Both the position numbers and the translations under genes were made by a program. Shown here piece after piece: positions 30,445 to 42,880 of a stretch of DNA of 55,556 bases (its first letter is position 1; the number at the start of each line of letters is the position of its first letter). The stretch is taken from contig CAUYUJ010000152.1 of assembly GCA_963575745.1 (NCBI GenBank), positions 62,001 to 117,556 of the forward strand, given 5' to 3'. Below the pieces are notes generated by a model, which was not told the origin of the DNA, ran no database searches, and worked only from the letters and a program-made list of their open reading frames with translations. This stretch comes from Prorocentrum cordatum. Its lineage: Eukaryota.

Positions 30445-30665
30445 GGGCGGCCCTCTGAAAAGGCTCGGAAACCCCTCGGCCTTCTGAAAAGTTTTCGACG
30501 CCTTCCCCGAAGACGCCGTAGACTTTCCAGAAAGCGCGCGGGGGCTTCTGAGAAGCCCCGCCGCCTGCTGAGGGGGCCTCCTCCTTCTCGCTCCCCCCCC
30601 CTCGCTCGCCGCTGATTTTGACCTCGAGGAAATCTAGAACCATCGGAGTGCGCGACGCGGCCCTG
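30445..30665 (+). repeat. dispersed repeat family C (second copy about 52027-52260)
   Basis: Shared GGCTCGGAAACCCC..GGCCTTCTGA...TTCTGAGAAG.CCCGCCGCC...CCCCCTC.CG.TCGCCGC. Confidence 0.75.
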
Positions 30666-32613
30666 GAGCTGCCGGCAGGGAGGGCGGGGGAGCGAGCTCA
30701 GTGCGGGGAGACCCTGCGGGCGGGGCGCTCTGGCCGTGGCCGGCGCCGACGCTGGAGCCCACCTCGCCGCGGGGGCCCGTTGCCAGGACGCGTGTTGATA
30801 CGTAGTCGAGCTCGATTGGAGAGGGCGCGCGAGAGGGCACGAGACCCTTCGGAGGGCCACGTTGCCGTAGGAGCGCAGGGGGCACGGGTCGCGAAACACA
30901 TCGCGCAAGGGCGCCCTTGACTTGGCAGGGTCGGCCCACTAATCAAAGTCGACAGCAGGGCAAACCAGCGGCTGACCCCGCAGGTCACGCGACGACGACG
31001 GCGTTGACGACGACGACGAAGACGTCGATGACCAAGAGCACGTGGGTGGGCGGGACCCCGTGGCCAACAACGTCGGGGATCCACTGACCTGGGTCAATGC
31101 AAAGCCTGGGCCAGTCGGGCATTGCAGGATCCTGCAAAATCCTGCAGGATCCTGCGCAATCCTGCACGCAAGCCTGGGTTCATGCAGCCCCGGCTCTGCA
31201 GGGCCCTGCAAGATCCGGCGCCCTGACTGACCCCCCTTTGCCCTGACCTCCGTCCCTTGAGCCCCGACCGCTCGAAGCGGAGCTGCTCCTCGGTGCTTGC
31301 GCAGTCATGCTTGGGGCGCTTGTCCATGTGCTTGTCGCGCTGGAGCTCGTAGGCCATGTCGGCAGTGCGCTTGAGGCTGCAGCACCACGTTTTTTTTTTT
31401 GAGACCCATAGTGGCTCAGGAGGCTCCAGGGGGTCCCAGTTGAAGGCGGTCGACTCCTTGGTCAAGCAGTCCGAGGATACCGTGGCGAGGGGGGGGGGCC
31501 CACTGTCCGTGGGGAGCGCCTGCTACTGCAGCACCACTTGACGGCTGTGGACCCCAACTGTCCTGGGGCCCCATGGGCGGGACCCAGCCACGGCGGGCCC
31601 CCTCGGTCACGGCACCCTGCCCGCGAGGCGGCGCCCATGCGCGGCCGGACCTCACCGACCAGGCCGAATGCTCCTCACAGGGCGAGCAGGAAGCCCTTCT
31701 GCGCAAGCACCGCGGGGAAGTACAGCAGGAATGCGAGACATAAAAGAGCATGGGCAACTAATGATGAGGATGATGCTGATGATGAGGAGGAGGAGAAGGA
31801 GGAGGAGGAGGAGGAGGAGGAGGAGGGCCGAAGAGGAAACACTTCACGCACCGAGCCGCAATCATAGCCACGATTTCCATCAAGACCGTCGCCCCTGACC
31901 TGCCCCGGAGCCTGCTGTTGACCAAGATCTCGAGGTGATTGGCCGTGGCGACGAGGGCCCCCCCTGAGGCCCCACCCGCCCTGCCCAAAAGGGCAGACAA
32001 AGAACACGCCCGAATCCATCCATCCCCCGACGACTCCGAGGACGACGGCGTGCCCAGACATCTGAAATCAAGGTCCCCGGAGGTCCCCAGGGCCAGCTCC
32101 TCGTCCCAAGCCGTCTTTCTGAGGGCCGCGGGGCCCGGCGACGGCCACCAGCGAGGCCGAAGGCCGAGAGCACTTCCGCCTCGAGCCCCTCGAGACGTTG
32201 GAGGCCCGGGCGGCGCGAGGCCCCCCGGGGGCGCGGCCCGCACTCGCCGTCCTCCCTCACCGACGCCGCGGGGGCGGCGAGGCCGACGATGTTTCGTTTC
32301 GTGTCATTTCGATGCCGTCGTGCAGCAGGTACCACCAGGGCCCGACGGCGCACATGAGGAACTGGGTGCGAGCAGTCCGCTAATGATTAATGATTATCCT
32401 AAATGTCTGCGCCATTCAAGCCATTCTCTCTGTCCGTCTCTCCAGGAAAGGCTATTGTAGGGAACAGCAGGCCAGTTGTGACCATAATGTTCATAAGCAT
32501 CTCGTTCCCACCGCCATATGCTTACAGTGCGGTGGTGAAGTTGGGAGCCCTGCCATCGTTCCATGGCGGACATCCAGGCACGATCATACTATCTTAGCAC
32601 TCGATAAGCGACT

Positions 32614-34030
32614 CTATCTGAAGAGGCCGAGGCTAAGGATTGGAGGTGACCCGCCCACGAGTGCGAGAGGCGGCGACATGTCTGAGGCCACGGTTCGATA
32701 TCGTATCGAATGCGGATGTCCGCGACGGTGGCCATGGCATTTCATATACTCAGCAGCGGTCTCCGCTTTCGGAGGGCCTGTAATACGTCTGAGCATAGTG
32801 TCGTGACACTTAGAGATGCGGTTCATAGCCGAGACTGTGATATGCAAGCTACCTATACAATCAATGAGGGCAGGGCGTACACATCTGTCTAGGGCTCTCA
32901 GGTGCTTAGCTAGGCTAACTATCCGATTTGTCAGGGCATTCTTATGTGCAACAAAAGTGCGCCAGGCTCTCTGGATGCGGTAACGCACTTCAGCCGTGCA
33001 GCTACGATCGAAGGAGACATATGTGCCGAGAACCTTTAGGCCTGCAGCTCTCTTATTGCATGGGGGAGGGGGAGAGGAGGGGAGGGAGGGAGGAAAGGAG
33101 GGTGGACGGGAAGAACGAAGAGGAGGGAGGAGGGAGGAGAAGGAGGAGGAGGAGGAGAAGGAGGAGGAGGAGGAGGAAGGGGGGAGGAGGAGGAGGAGAA
33201 GGAGGAGGAGGAGGAGGAGGAGGAGGAGAAGGAGGGGGAGGAGGAGGAGGAGGAGACCTAACGCGAAGCGTCCCCATGTAAGTGGGATAAGTATGGCACA
33301 ACTCCATTTCGCCTACAAGGACCTCCAAACCGCTCTTACTTAACATCCTCAGCCGCGCTTTCGTCATCGCTTGGACCATCGAGACCGATCGAGCGAGAAT
33401 CCAAACGTTGTCAACAACATTTGAAACACCTAAAACTAAATCCTCTCCCAGAAACGTGAGAATTACAGCCCACCCGTTCTTCTGGCAGAGGTCTTGGAAA
33501 GGTTCGAGACAGATATTGCTTGATTCAGGCGCGGCGGGGTCCTCTCCGATGATTTTTTTCTCGTCGGATCGGATCCGTGAGGGCATTCCCAGGGAGACGG
33601 ATGCAAGCCATCGATTGACGGATCTCGCGGATCCAAAAACCTATGGCTACTCTGGGGAGCTTCTTATTAGTCAGGCGCTGCGCTAGGCGGGGGTGGCGGA
33701 CATTATCATAGAACTTGCGTGTATCTCCGCCCACGACGACGAGGGGCGGCTCCTTATGCTCGCAGAACTTCTCTACCAAGTGCCTCATACTATAGATGAT
33801 CTCCTGGGCTTGACGTCCTCGACGAAACGCGAATCGAAGCTCTGAGCGGTCCTCTTCCAGGGTGGGCCTCTGGGTCTCCATGACCATCATAGACAGGATG
33901 TTCAAGAGCACCGAGACCAGGGCGATGGGGCGAAATTCAGAAAAAACTTGAGGGCCTCAGGCTTTTTCCGAATGAGCTGCACAACAATTTCCTGCCAGGC
34001 TTTACCGAAGTGTTCAGCAACGTGGTTTCG
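32614..34030 (-). pseudogene. decayed non-LTR reverse transcriptase, split by a (GGA)n tract at ~33060-33255
   Basis: WQEIVVQLIRKK; FAFRRGRQAQEII; GDTRKFYDNVRH (motif A); VVDNVWIL (eroded YxDD); YRIQRAWRTF...MLRRITG. Confidence 0.85.
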
Positions 34031-36127
34031 AAGTCGAAGTCGAAAAGCATCCAGGCCGACGACGGCGACGGCGACGGCGACTACGATGACGGCCACGACG
34101 ACGGCCAAGACGACGACGACGACGACGACGACGGCGACGGCGGCGGCGACGACGGCCACGACGACGGCCGCGGCCTCCGATGGCCCGCACTCGCTGTCCG
34201 CCCGCGCCACCGCCGCGGGGAAGCAGCTGCCGCACACGTCTCCGAGGTCCGCCGCCGCCAGGCAGCAGAAGCCCGCCTGCGGCAGACGCCGCCGCCGAGC
34301 GAGATGCGAGGATATGTTATTTTCAATCCTAAGACGAAGCTAAGACGAGGACAACATTTGGCAAAAACAAAACGAGAATCCCTGAGATCCGACGGATCCG
34401 GAGGATGTCTCGGGCGCCGCGGCCCTCCCAGAGCGTTCCGGAACGCTCCGAGAACGTTCCGGAACGCTCTGGAACGGATTTATCCTCGTCCTAGACACGT
34501 CCGAAATCCAGTGTCTTTTCCTGGGTTTCGGCCTCTGGGCACGTGAGCGGCCCCAGGGACCATCAAACATGGCTGCGGGCCGGAGACCACCCCCAGGGAA
34601 GGGGTCGGGGCATCTGGGGCCGCGGATGGAGAAAAAAGCATGTCGGCGGATGTCTGGGGCCGACAGCGGCGGGCATCGACGTCGTGCTCGTCGCCTCGGC
34701 CTTCGTCGTCGCCGCCACCCTCGTCGCACGTCGTGGCCCATGTCCTCGTCCTCGTCCTCGCCGTCGTCGTCGCCGCCGCATTGCAGGAGGAGCCTCTCTC
34801 CACTGCACGCGGTGCGAGCGCATCGGGAACAGGGGACGGAGCATCGAGCCGAGGGCGCCGCTGCACTTGTCCGCGCGCGCAGCGAGAAGAAGGCCGCACT
34901 CTCCCTTCCCAGCCAGCATGCGCTCCACATTTGTCTTGGCCCTCCCAGCCATTGCTCTGGCCGGCTGTTCGAAGCGGCGAAGAGAGTGCTGAGCCTCCCA
35001 CTGAGGACAAACGATACCTGCCTGGGCCCTACAAGATGCGCCGCCGCCAGCGCATCCGCGTCGAGAACGTGCGGCCCGATCTGTGGCTGGCCCCCTCCTC
35101 TTTATTTTGCATGTAATATTGAACGAAATATTGTAAACTAAATGCGAACAATGAAACACACCCTGGCAAGACATCTGGGCTCCCGTGAAGCCTGAGGAAC
35201 ATATATCCTGGCAACACATCTGGGCCCTCGTGAAGCCTGAAGGTGCGGGCAGATTCGTCTGGTGACTGACGCCTTCGAACACCCTCCGCCCCTGCCAACG
35301 ACAGGGGGGAAGTGCGAACGACTGATCTTGTTAGTTGGTAACAAGGGGGGTAAGTTGTGACCAGTGATGACACTAGGCGGCGCCCACAAGGGGTGGCGCG
35401 AGGGGGATGGGCCTCCGAGAAGACGGCGGAGCCTCTCAGAAGGCAGGGTGGTTTCTTAGGCACCCGCCCAGCTCTGGTGCCTTCTGAGGAGGCCCCCTTC
35501 CCCCTGAGGAGGTCCCTGCCATCTGCAACGTCACGACGTCCATCCGGCTTCTGAGAAGACCGCCCCTCTCGCGCCACCCGACCGTGGGCGCGGCCAAGAC
35601 AAGGAGCAGGGGGCGGAGGGGGAGGAGGAGGAGGAGGAGGAGGAGGAGGAGGAGGAGGAGGAGGAGGAGGAGGAGGAGGAGGGAGGAGGAGGAGGAGGGC
35701 GGAGAGGAGGAGGAGGAGGAGGAGGAGGAGGAGAGGAGGAGGAGGAGGGAGGAGGAGGAGGGGGAGGGACGGCGGAACTGGCGGGCGGCGTCGGCTGGAG
35801 GCGGCCCTCGCGTGGCCCCCCGCCGCTCCGCGGGAGAGGGCGGGAACCACCTCGGCGCGCTCGGAGCCTCCCTCCTCGGAGGGGGTCCGAGCGGATGGGG
35901 TCGGAGCATCGCGCTGCATCGCCGACGCGTCGGCGCCGTCGCCATGGATCAAATCGGGCTCCGCATCGAGCCGCATCGCCGTGGCAGCGGCGATGCGGCG
36001 CGATCCTCCGACCCGACCTGCAGGCATCGGGCTACCACGCGGAGGCGCCACGCGAGGCACGAAGGGGGCCTTTTTTTCTGGCCGCTGCGAGCCTCGGCCA
36101 GGAAGAGGCCTCCTTGGCCTGGATTTA

Positions 36128-36283
36128 GGTCGGGCCTGTCCCCCCACAGGGGGGATTTTGGACGAAACTAGAAATTACGGAAAACAGAGTCAAAAGATGC
36201 CCAACAATACTCCACAAAAAATCCTCAGACTGTGCGCTTGACTTTTTTGAATACTCCCCCTCTGTGGAGGGACAGGCCCGACC
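36128..36283. mobile_element. MITE family M1, copy 1 (22-bp TIR)
   Basis: GGTCGGGCCTGTCCCCCCACAG ... CTGTGGAGGGACAGGCCCGACC (1 mismatch). Related copy at 54262-54400. TSD not clean. Confidence 0.8.
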
Positions 36284-36421
36284 GAAACCTGGTAACCTGG
36301 ATCTGGGGAAAGGCCCGGCACCTGGAGCCCCTCCTGGAGCCCCAGACCCGCCGTCGCCCGGACGTCCACTCCCCTCGTCTCTTTTTCCGGCTTCGTGCGC
36401 GCATTCCTCCGAAACGTAAGA

Positions 36422-37329
36422 TCGGGTCGGGCAAAAGGGGGGGATAGCAAAGGGGGGAGAATTCAAGTTTTCCAAAGTGTTAGTTCTTCTTGTTTTTTTT
36501 TTTGTTTTGTTTTTTTTTCTTACCACCTGCCCATCTTGTCGTGTTTTTCTGGGCTCGAGCTTTTTTTTGTTTTTATGCAGTTTTCTTGTCCGCTATTCCA
36601 CACCCCGTATCGCTTGTTTTTTTTTTTTTTTCCTGCCTAACGTTTACCTTTTATAAGGGATATATCATAGCCGTTATTTTTTTTTTGTTCTTTTTTTTAT
36701 TTGTTTTTTTTTTTCGCTTCACGCTCCGTTTTTTTTTTCACCCACTACCCGGTTTTTTACAGATGATTTGTTTAGGTTTTTTTTTTTTTACTTGCCTGTA
36801 TAGACGTTACCAATCACAGCCGTTTTTCGAAAACTGTTTTTTTTTTTTATTGTCCCCTAGTTTTTTTTTTTTGTTTTTTTCTGTTATTGTTTTTCTTCCC
36901 GATATATATTTTGTGAAATTCGAAGTCTTTTGTTTTTATGTCTTTAGAGTTAGAATCCTTTACTTCTGAAGGTATTTTTCTGGTTTTTTCCACCGTTTGT
37001 ACTCTCGTATTTGCTGTTTTTTTGTTTTTTTTTTGTGTGAGGGTCATGCGATGTTTTTTACCTCTACTCTTCAATCTGTGTTTTCCTCGTGGCTCTGATT
37101 TAGTGTGTTTCCGATTTACGTTTTCGGTTGTTTGCTTATCCGCTTGGTCGTTCTTTATGACAGGAACTCGTTTGAGATCAGCTCACGTAGCTGATTTTCC
37201 GGCGCCTCCCGCGCCGGATGGGCGATGTATCGGATCGAGGAATGGGCCCCTCGGTGAGGCCGAAACCAGCTGCATGCAGCAAATTTCGTAACCCCCCCTT
37301 TCCCAATCCCCCCCTTTCGCCCGACCCGA
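36422..37329. mobile_element. 908-bp non-autonomous TIR element M2 with 5-bp TSD TAAGA
   Basis: TIR TCGGGTCGGGC(A/G)AAAGGGGGGGAT. TAAGA at 36417-36421 and 37330-37334. Empty site CGAAACGTAAGACCCCGAA at ~37697. Confidence 0.92.
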
Positions 37330-37525
37330 TAAGACCCCGAATTGCTCCTCGAGGGTCCCTTCCGGCACAGGCTGCGCACGTCCGAGCCATGCCAAGCAAG
37401 AGATCCTTTTTTTTCAGCGCCTGGGGAAAGGCCCGGCACCTGGAGCCCCTCCTGGAGCCCCAGGCCCGCCGGCGCCCGGACGTCCACTCCCCTCGTCTCT
37501 TGTTCCGGCCTCGTGCGCGCATTCC

Positions 37526-37689
37526 TGAAAGGGGCCCCAGGACACACAAAGAAATACACACAAATAAAAATAGTCCCCATATTTTCCCATATTTTCGGCG
37601 TTTTTGTCTTCCCCCCCACTTCCCATATTTTCCCATATTTTCCTTGGAACCGAGGATTAATTGTGCCTGTGTGTTTCTTTCCCTCCTGA
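37526..37689. mobile_element. 164-bp element M3, copy 1, 5-bp TSD ATTCC
   Basis: ATTCC|TGAAAGGGG...CCCTCCTGA|ATTCC. Empty site GCGCATTCCTCCGAAACG at ~36399. Internal CCCATATTTT repeats. Confidence 0.88.
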
Positions 37690-38879
37690 ATTCCTTCGAA
37701 ACGTAAGACCCCGAATGCTCCTCGATGGTCCCTTCTGGCACAAGATGCGCACGTCCGAGCCATGCCAAGCAAGAGATCCTTTTTTTTCAGCGTCATTCCT
37801 CGACTCGGATCGAGGAGGCCTGCGCCACAGCCTGAGGCGGACCGACGAGTCTATTCCCCGCGCCTGAAAAGGAAGGAGTCCAGCGGGAGACACCTCCCCT
37901 GACCCCAGATCCCTCCTCTTCCGTGACTCTCCACGGGACCCCGCACCGCGGGAAAATACAAAGTTGGAAGGTCTGGCCGAACGTACCCGAAAGGAACTCC
38001 ACCCCTGGCTACTGTGGCCGGCGAACCAAGCGGCAGCGGATCGAGGAGGCCTCGAGCTCGGAGCCCTCCTCCTCCTCCGCGGGCGCAGGCCGCGCGAGCG
38101 AGCGCCCACCGCCGGCCCCGAAGGCCGGCCCCACGAGGGCAGCGCGGGCGGGCTGGGGGCTCGGAGAGAGGTCCGAGCCGCGGCGTCGGCGACGTTCATT
38201 CGCTCCTCCTCCTCCTCCTCCTCCTCCTCCTCCTCCTCCTCCTCCTCCTCCTCCTCCTCCCCACCCTCCCCTCCCCTCCCCTGCCCTCCCCTCCTTCCCT
38301 CTCTCCCTCCCTCCCTCCCCTCGACGGCATACTGCTGTGAAAATAAATCGTAGGAGTGGGGGCCAAATCAACCCCCAGGTTGTTTTGGCCCTCTCTCTCG
38401 TTAACGAGGCAGCGGGAGCTGGATTCGGCGGTGGACAAACCTGCCTTTCGTAAGCCACCCTTGAGTGAAAGCGGCCTGGGACCGTGACCGACGGACTTGG
38501 GCCCGCAAAAATGACGGCCGCGACGCCCACTCGCGAACCGAAAACGGCCAATTCGCTAATCGACGTGTCGGGGTAGGAGGTCTGTTCACCCCCGGTGGAT
38601 AGCTGGAGCTGGACGGTAAGTGGAGTCGGAGCCATGCGGCCGTATCCAGGGAGGGCGCGGGAGCAGAGAGCGCAGCCGAGGGCTCATCGACCTCACTCTC
38701 GCGAGCCCGAGCTGCTCATCAGCACAGGGCGTGGAGGTCTCCTTGACCCGCCGAAGGGTGCGCCAGAAGCGCCTCCGGCGCAGCCAGGCAGGCTCGTGCC
38801 CCGCTGTCAGCGGGAGCCTCCTCGTCCTCCTCTTCCTCCCCATCTGGGCGTCGTTGTCGCCACCGTTGTCCGTTGACCG

Positions 38880-38947
38880 CCGTGCGCCGTGGCCGTGGCC
38901 GTCGCCGCCGCCGCCGCCGTCGCCGTCGCCGTTGCCGCCGCCGCCGC

Positions 38948-38979
<32 letters not shown>

Positions 38980-39208
38980 TCCTCGTCATGATCGTCGCCA
39001 TCTCCGTCGCCTCCGATGGCGTCGGTGCCGCCGCCGTCGCCGCCGCCGTCCGTCCGATCGTCCGTCCGTCGACGTCATATTCAGCGTCGTCGTCGTCGCC
39101 GTGGTCGTCGTCCTCGTCGTGCGCCGCCGCCGCCGTCGTGGTCGTCGTCGTCGTCGTCACCGTCGCCGTCGCGGTCGCCGTCACCGTCGTCGTCGCCGTC
39201 GCCGTTGC

Positions 39209-39281
<73 letters not shown>

Positions 39282-39283
39282 CT

Positions 39284-39368
<85 letters not shown>

Positions 39369-39590
39369 CCGTCGTCATCGTCATCGTCGTCGTCGCCGCC
39401 GTCGTCGTCGTCGCCGCCGTCGTCGCCGTCGCCGTCGCCGTCGGCGCCGCTGTCGTCGTCGTCGTCGTCGCCGTCGTCATCGCCGTCGTATTCGTCGTCT
39501 GTCGTCGTAGTCAGCGTCGCCATCCCCGTCGCTTCCGATGGCGTCGGTGCCGCCGCCGTCGCCGCCGTCCGTCGGTCGGTCCGTCCGACG

Positions 39591-39633
<43 letters not shown>

Positions 39634-39689
39634 GCGCCGCCGCCGTCGCCTCCGTCGACGTCGCCGTCGCCGCCGCCGTCGTCGTCGTC

Positions 39690-39722
<33 letters not shown>

Positions 39723-39756
39723 GCCTCCGTCGACGTCGCCGTTGCCGTCGCGGTCG

Positions 39757-39846
<90 letters not shown>

Positions 39847-39900
39847 CCGTCGCCGTCGTCGTCGTCGTCGCTTTTGTCGTGGTTGTCCCCGTCGTCGCCG
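38880..39900. repeat. (CGT)n/(CGCCGT)n microsatellite with an internal ~130-bp duplicated block
   Basis: GCCATC.CCGTCGC.TCCGATGGCGTCGGTGCC block at ~38997 and ~39518. Confidence 0.9.
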
Positions 39901-40229
39901 TGGTCGCCGTCGGAGCGGCGGAGCGCCCACCCGGAGGCCTCGGCGGAGGCGGGGGCGTGCAGGTGGGCCGCTGCCGCCAGCAGCAGGCGGATGCTCCTCG
40001 GGGCGGCGGCGAGCCCACCTCTTCTTCGGCGTGCTGTGGGGCGCGCTTTTCGCGTCAACAGGGTTCTCTTTCCTTCTCCTGGTCCCTCCTCCTCCTCCTC
40101 CTTCTCCTCCTCCTTCTCCTCCTCTTCCTCTCCTCCTCCCCCTCTCCCCTCCCCTCCTCTCGTCTCCTTTCTTGTTCTCTCCTTCCCTCACCTCTCCTCC
40201 TCCGCTCCCCTCCCCCGATCTATGGGCCT

Positions 40230-42480
40230 GCACTTGAGTTGTCCATAACCCAGAGAGCGAATCGACAGAAGCTTCTGGAACTTTTTTCGAAGGAACTTCG
40301 GAAACATCAAACGTGCTTGGGTTGCCGCAAACGTCCGTGCAACAACCTACCTGCCTCACCGGGTTCTCGCGCTTCTGGGGCCGTGGCGGGTCTCCAACCG
40401 ACATTCAACTCGACAACGTCACTGCCGCCACGCACAGATGAGACGGCTCTGAGCAGCGCGTTGCAAGCGTCGCGTCCACGAATGGAAAGACCGCGCGCGG
40501 GCCAAAGGCGGGAGCAAAGCCGCAAGCAAATTGGCCAAGACGGTGGACAGCTCCAGTGCCGTCTACCTCCGTGCTCCCCACGACGCCCCCCCTACCCCCA
40601 CCCCACGCACCGCTATGCACCTGCGGGGGTCCAGGGCGGGAGGACATGCCAGACCAGGACGCTTGCTCCACCACTGCGCCCGGCAACCCTGCTACGGACA
40701 GCGACAGCGCAAGCGACAACACCCAGGCCCACATTGAGCCAAGCGCGATCCTCGCGGCTACCGGCGCCATGGTCAGTTGACGCCTGGGAACCCACCCTTG
40801 GCAAATATCGCGCAGCCGAGGGCCGCGCTCACGAGATCGCGCCCACCTGGGAAGACTTCCAAGCTGAGTGCCGCCTCGAGCTCCGAGGGCAGGCACCAGC
40901 CGAGCCCTCCGCCCGAAGGGGTGACGACCTCACTCAACTTCGCTAGGACGAGACCCGCTGCTGGAGCTGGAGGTCTCGGCGGATGGACCGCCAAAGAAGC
41001 TAGAGCGTTCCCCGGCGGAACTCTGCGCCTCTTCACCGGTGCGTCTAGAGCCATGCAGCGAACTGGGGCTGTTCCTGAGCGTCTGCTGCACGCCCCTGGC
41101 CCTTACCTGCGAAAAGGGAAGGGTGGGCTGCCTGCGGACCAGGGGCTGCTCTCGAGTATGTCTATCTGGGTGCACGCCTAGGAAGCACCACTTACAGCAG
41201 CCTGGCCTCCTGGAGAGCGCTCTGGACTCGCCGACTCGCCCCCCCCCAACTTTGGAACTGTCCCGCGCGCCGTCATTAGCGACGCCAGTACCGCGCTCGC
41301 CCTCCAGGTCGAGTGCGCGCGACGTCACGTGAAGCCGCTGGCTGGGGTAGCACTCGACAAACAGTTATGCCCTGACTTACCGTGTCCTAAACATCTGTCT
41401 CAAGCTGGCTCTGCGCGCTGGGTGCCCTCGGGGCGATGTGCGCGCGAGGCGAAACTTCTGCGACGATCGCCGCCGCTGCATCCGCGCAGGGGGGCCACCC
41501 CCCGTTCGTGTGGCGCGCCAGCGGGCACCTGCAGAGCAGCCCCGTATCCCTCGACGGCATCGAGCTCCTCACGTGCGTCTAGACCAAAAGGCGGCGCGAG
41601 CGCGCCCCGCGATGAGTCAGCTCGACTATTGTCGATGACAGCCAGACATCTCTTGCCCAGACCGTCATCTTTGACAACATGTCAGGCTAGAAAAGTCACC
41701 TGGGCATAATTGCGGGGTGGGCCATCGGGGGGGGGATATTAACCGCCAGGTCGCTTATGTTCACCCGTGCGGACAACCGCTCGAAGCTGACCATCGGGTG
41801 AAGTTGGGGGTTAATTGCATCAACGCGGCGCCAAACTTGGCTCCTCAGGACAAACGACAAAGGCAAATGCACGGAATGGCAACTTGGGCTCCTCTGCAAC
41901 TATCTCCGCGGAGTGGGCCACGCACGACGGAGGAAAATCAAAGCCGGTACCCTGGCCGACCAGTTGATGGGACCAATGGCCTTGGCACCACCCAACTGGC
42001 TGCTGGCAACCGAATTACCTCAGAGCATCGCACCGCTCGGAGAAACGCCCGCACGCAACACCTCAGTGCGGCCAGGGACCAGCGACAAGGACCGCGAGGA
42101 AACTCTCGCTGCCAGCTTTCATGGGCTTAAGTATCGCGCCGATCAACTGGTGACGCCTCTCCAGAAGATCCATGGCCAGTCATCTTCGCTGATTGACAGG
42201 TTCCATCGCGCGCAAGAAGGCTTAGAATGTATTGCAACGGGCTTTCCGCCCTGACGCGGCCAGGGGGTCCTCCCTCCACGAACTTCAAGCCCTCGTCGAC
42301 TTCCCAAACTGCGGCGTACACGTGCTAACCACCTTCCACGCGGGCCGCGCGAGCAGTGGACACCTCGTCCGTTGCCTGCCTATCCTGGGCCGCTGCGGGA
42401 GGTGCCCCAAACCGGCGCCTCTTTTCGCAGGGCACCGTGGCGTGCACGCCAACACACGCTGAAAGCTGGCGCTTTCCTGC
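40230..42480 (-). pseudogene. possible highly decayed LINE ORF2 3' half
   Basis: Complex sequence between microsatellites. Weak motif remnants only: GRVRAESPL (~42250) and CCKWCFLGVHPD (~41180). Confidence 0.35.
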
Positions 42481-42769
42481 ATACGGTGGCGCAGACGGGA
42501 CTCGGTAAGGTCTGATCACCGCCGACCGTCCCCTTTTTCCAGCCGGGGACGTCACCCCTCGGCCTCCGCGCTCTCGCCCCTCGACCTCTCCGCCGTGCAC
42601 GGGGGGGGGGCGGCCGCGAGGAGCGAGGAGGAGGAGGAGCGAGGAGGAGGAGCGAGGAAGAGCGAGGAAGAGCGAGGAGGAGGAGGAGGAGGAGGAGGAG
42701 GAGGAGGAGGAGGAGGAGGAGGAGGAGGAGGAGAGGAGGACAGGAGGCCGCGCCTGAGGGAGGTCACCC

Positions 42770-42880
42770 CACCACCCCTGTTTAGCTTGCGGCGCCTCCC
42801 GCTTCGTGTGGCGTGTCGACTCTGCACCACCCCTGTTTAGCTTGCGGCGCCTCCCGCTTCGTGTGGCGTGTCGACTCTGC
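42770..42880. repeat. perfect 55-bp tandem duplication
   Basis: CACCACCCCTGTTTAGCTTGCGGCGCC...GTCGACTCTG at 42770 and 42825. Confidence 0.95.

Noticed and set aside
36480..37140. Phe-rich membrane-protein-like ORFs inside M2
   Set aside because: Products of T-homopolymer-rich sequence, possibly low-quality consensus.
38807..40946. 403-685 aa ORFs on both strands
   Set aside because: Stop-free because of (CGT)/(CGC) repeats and high GC; no domain motifs.
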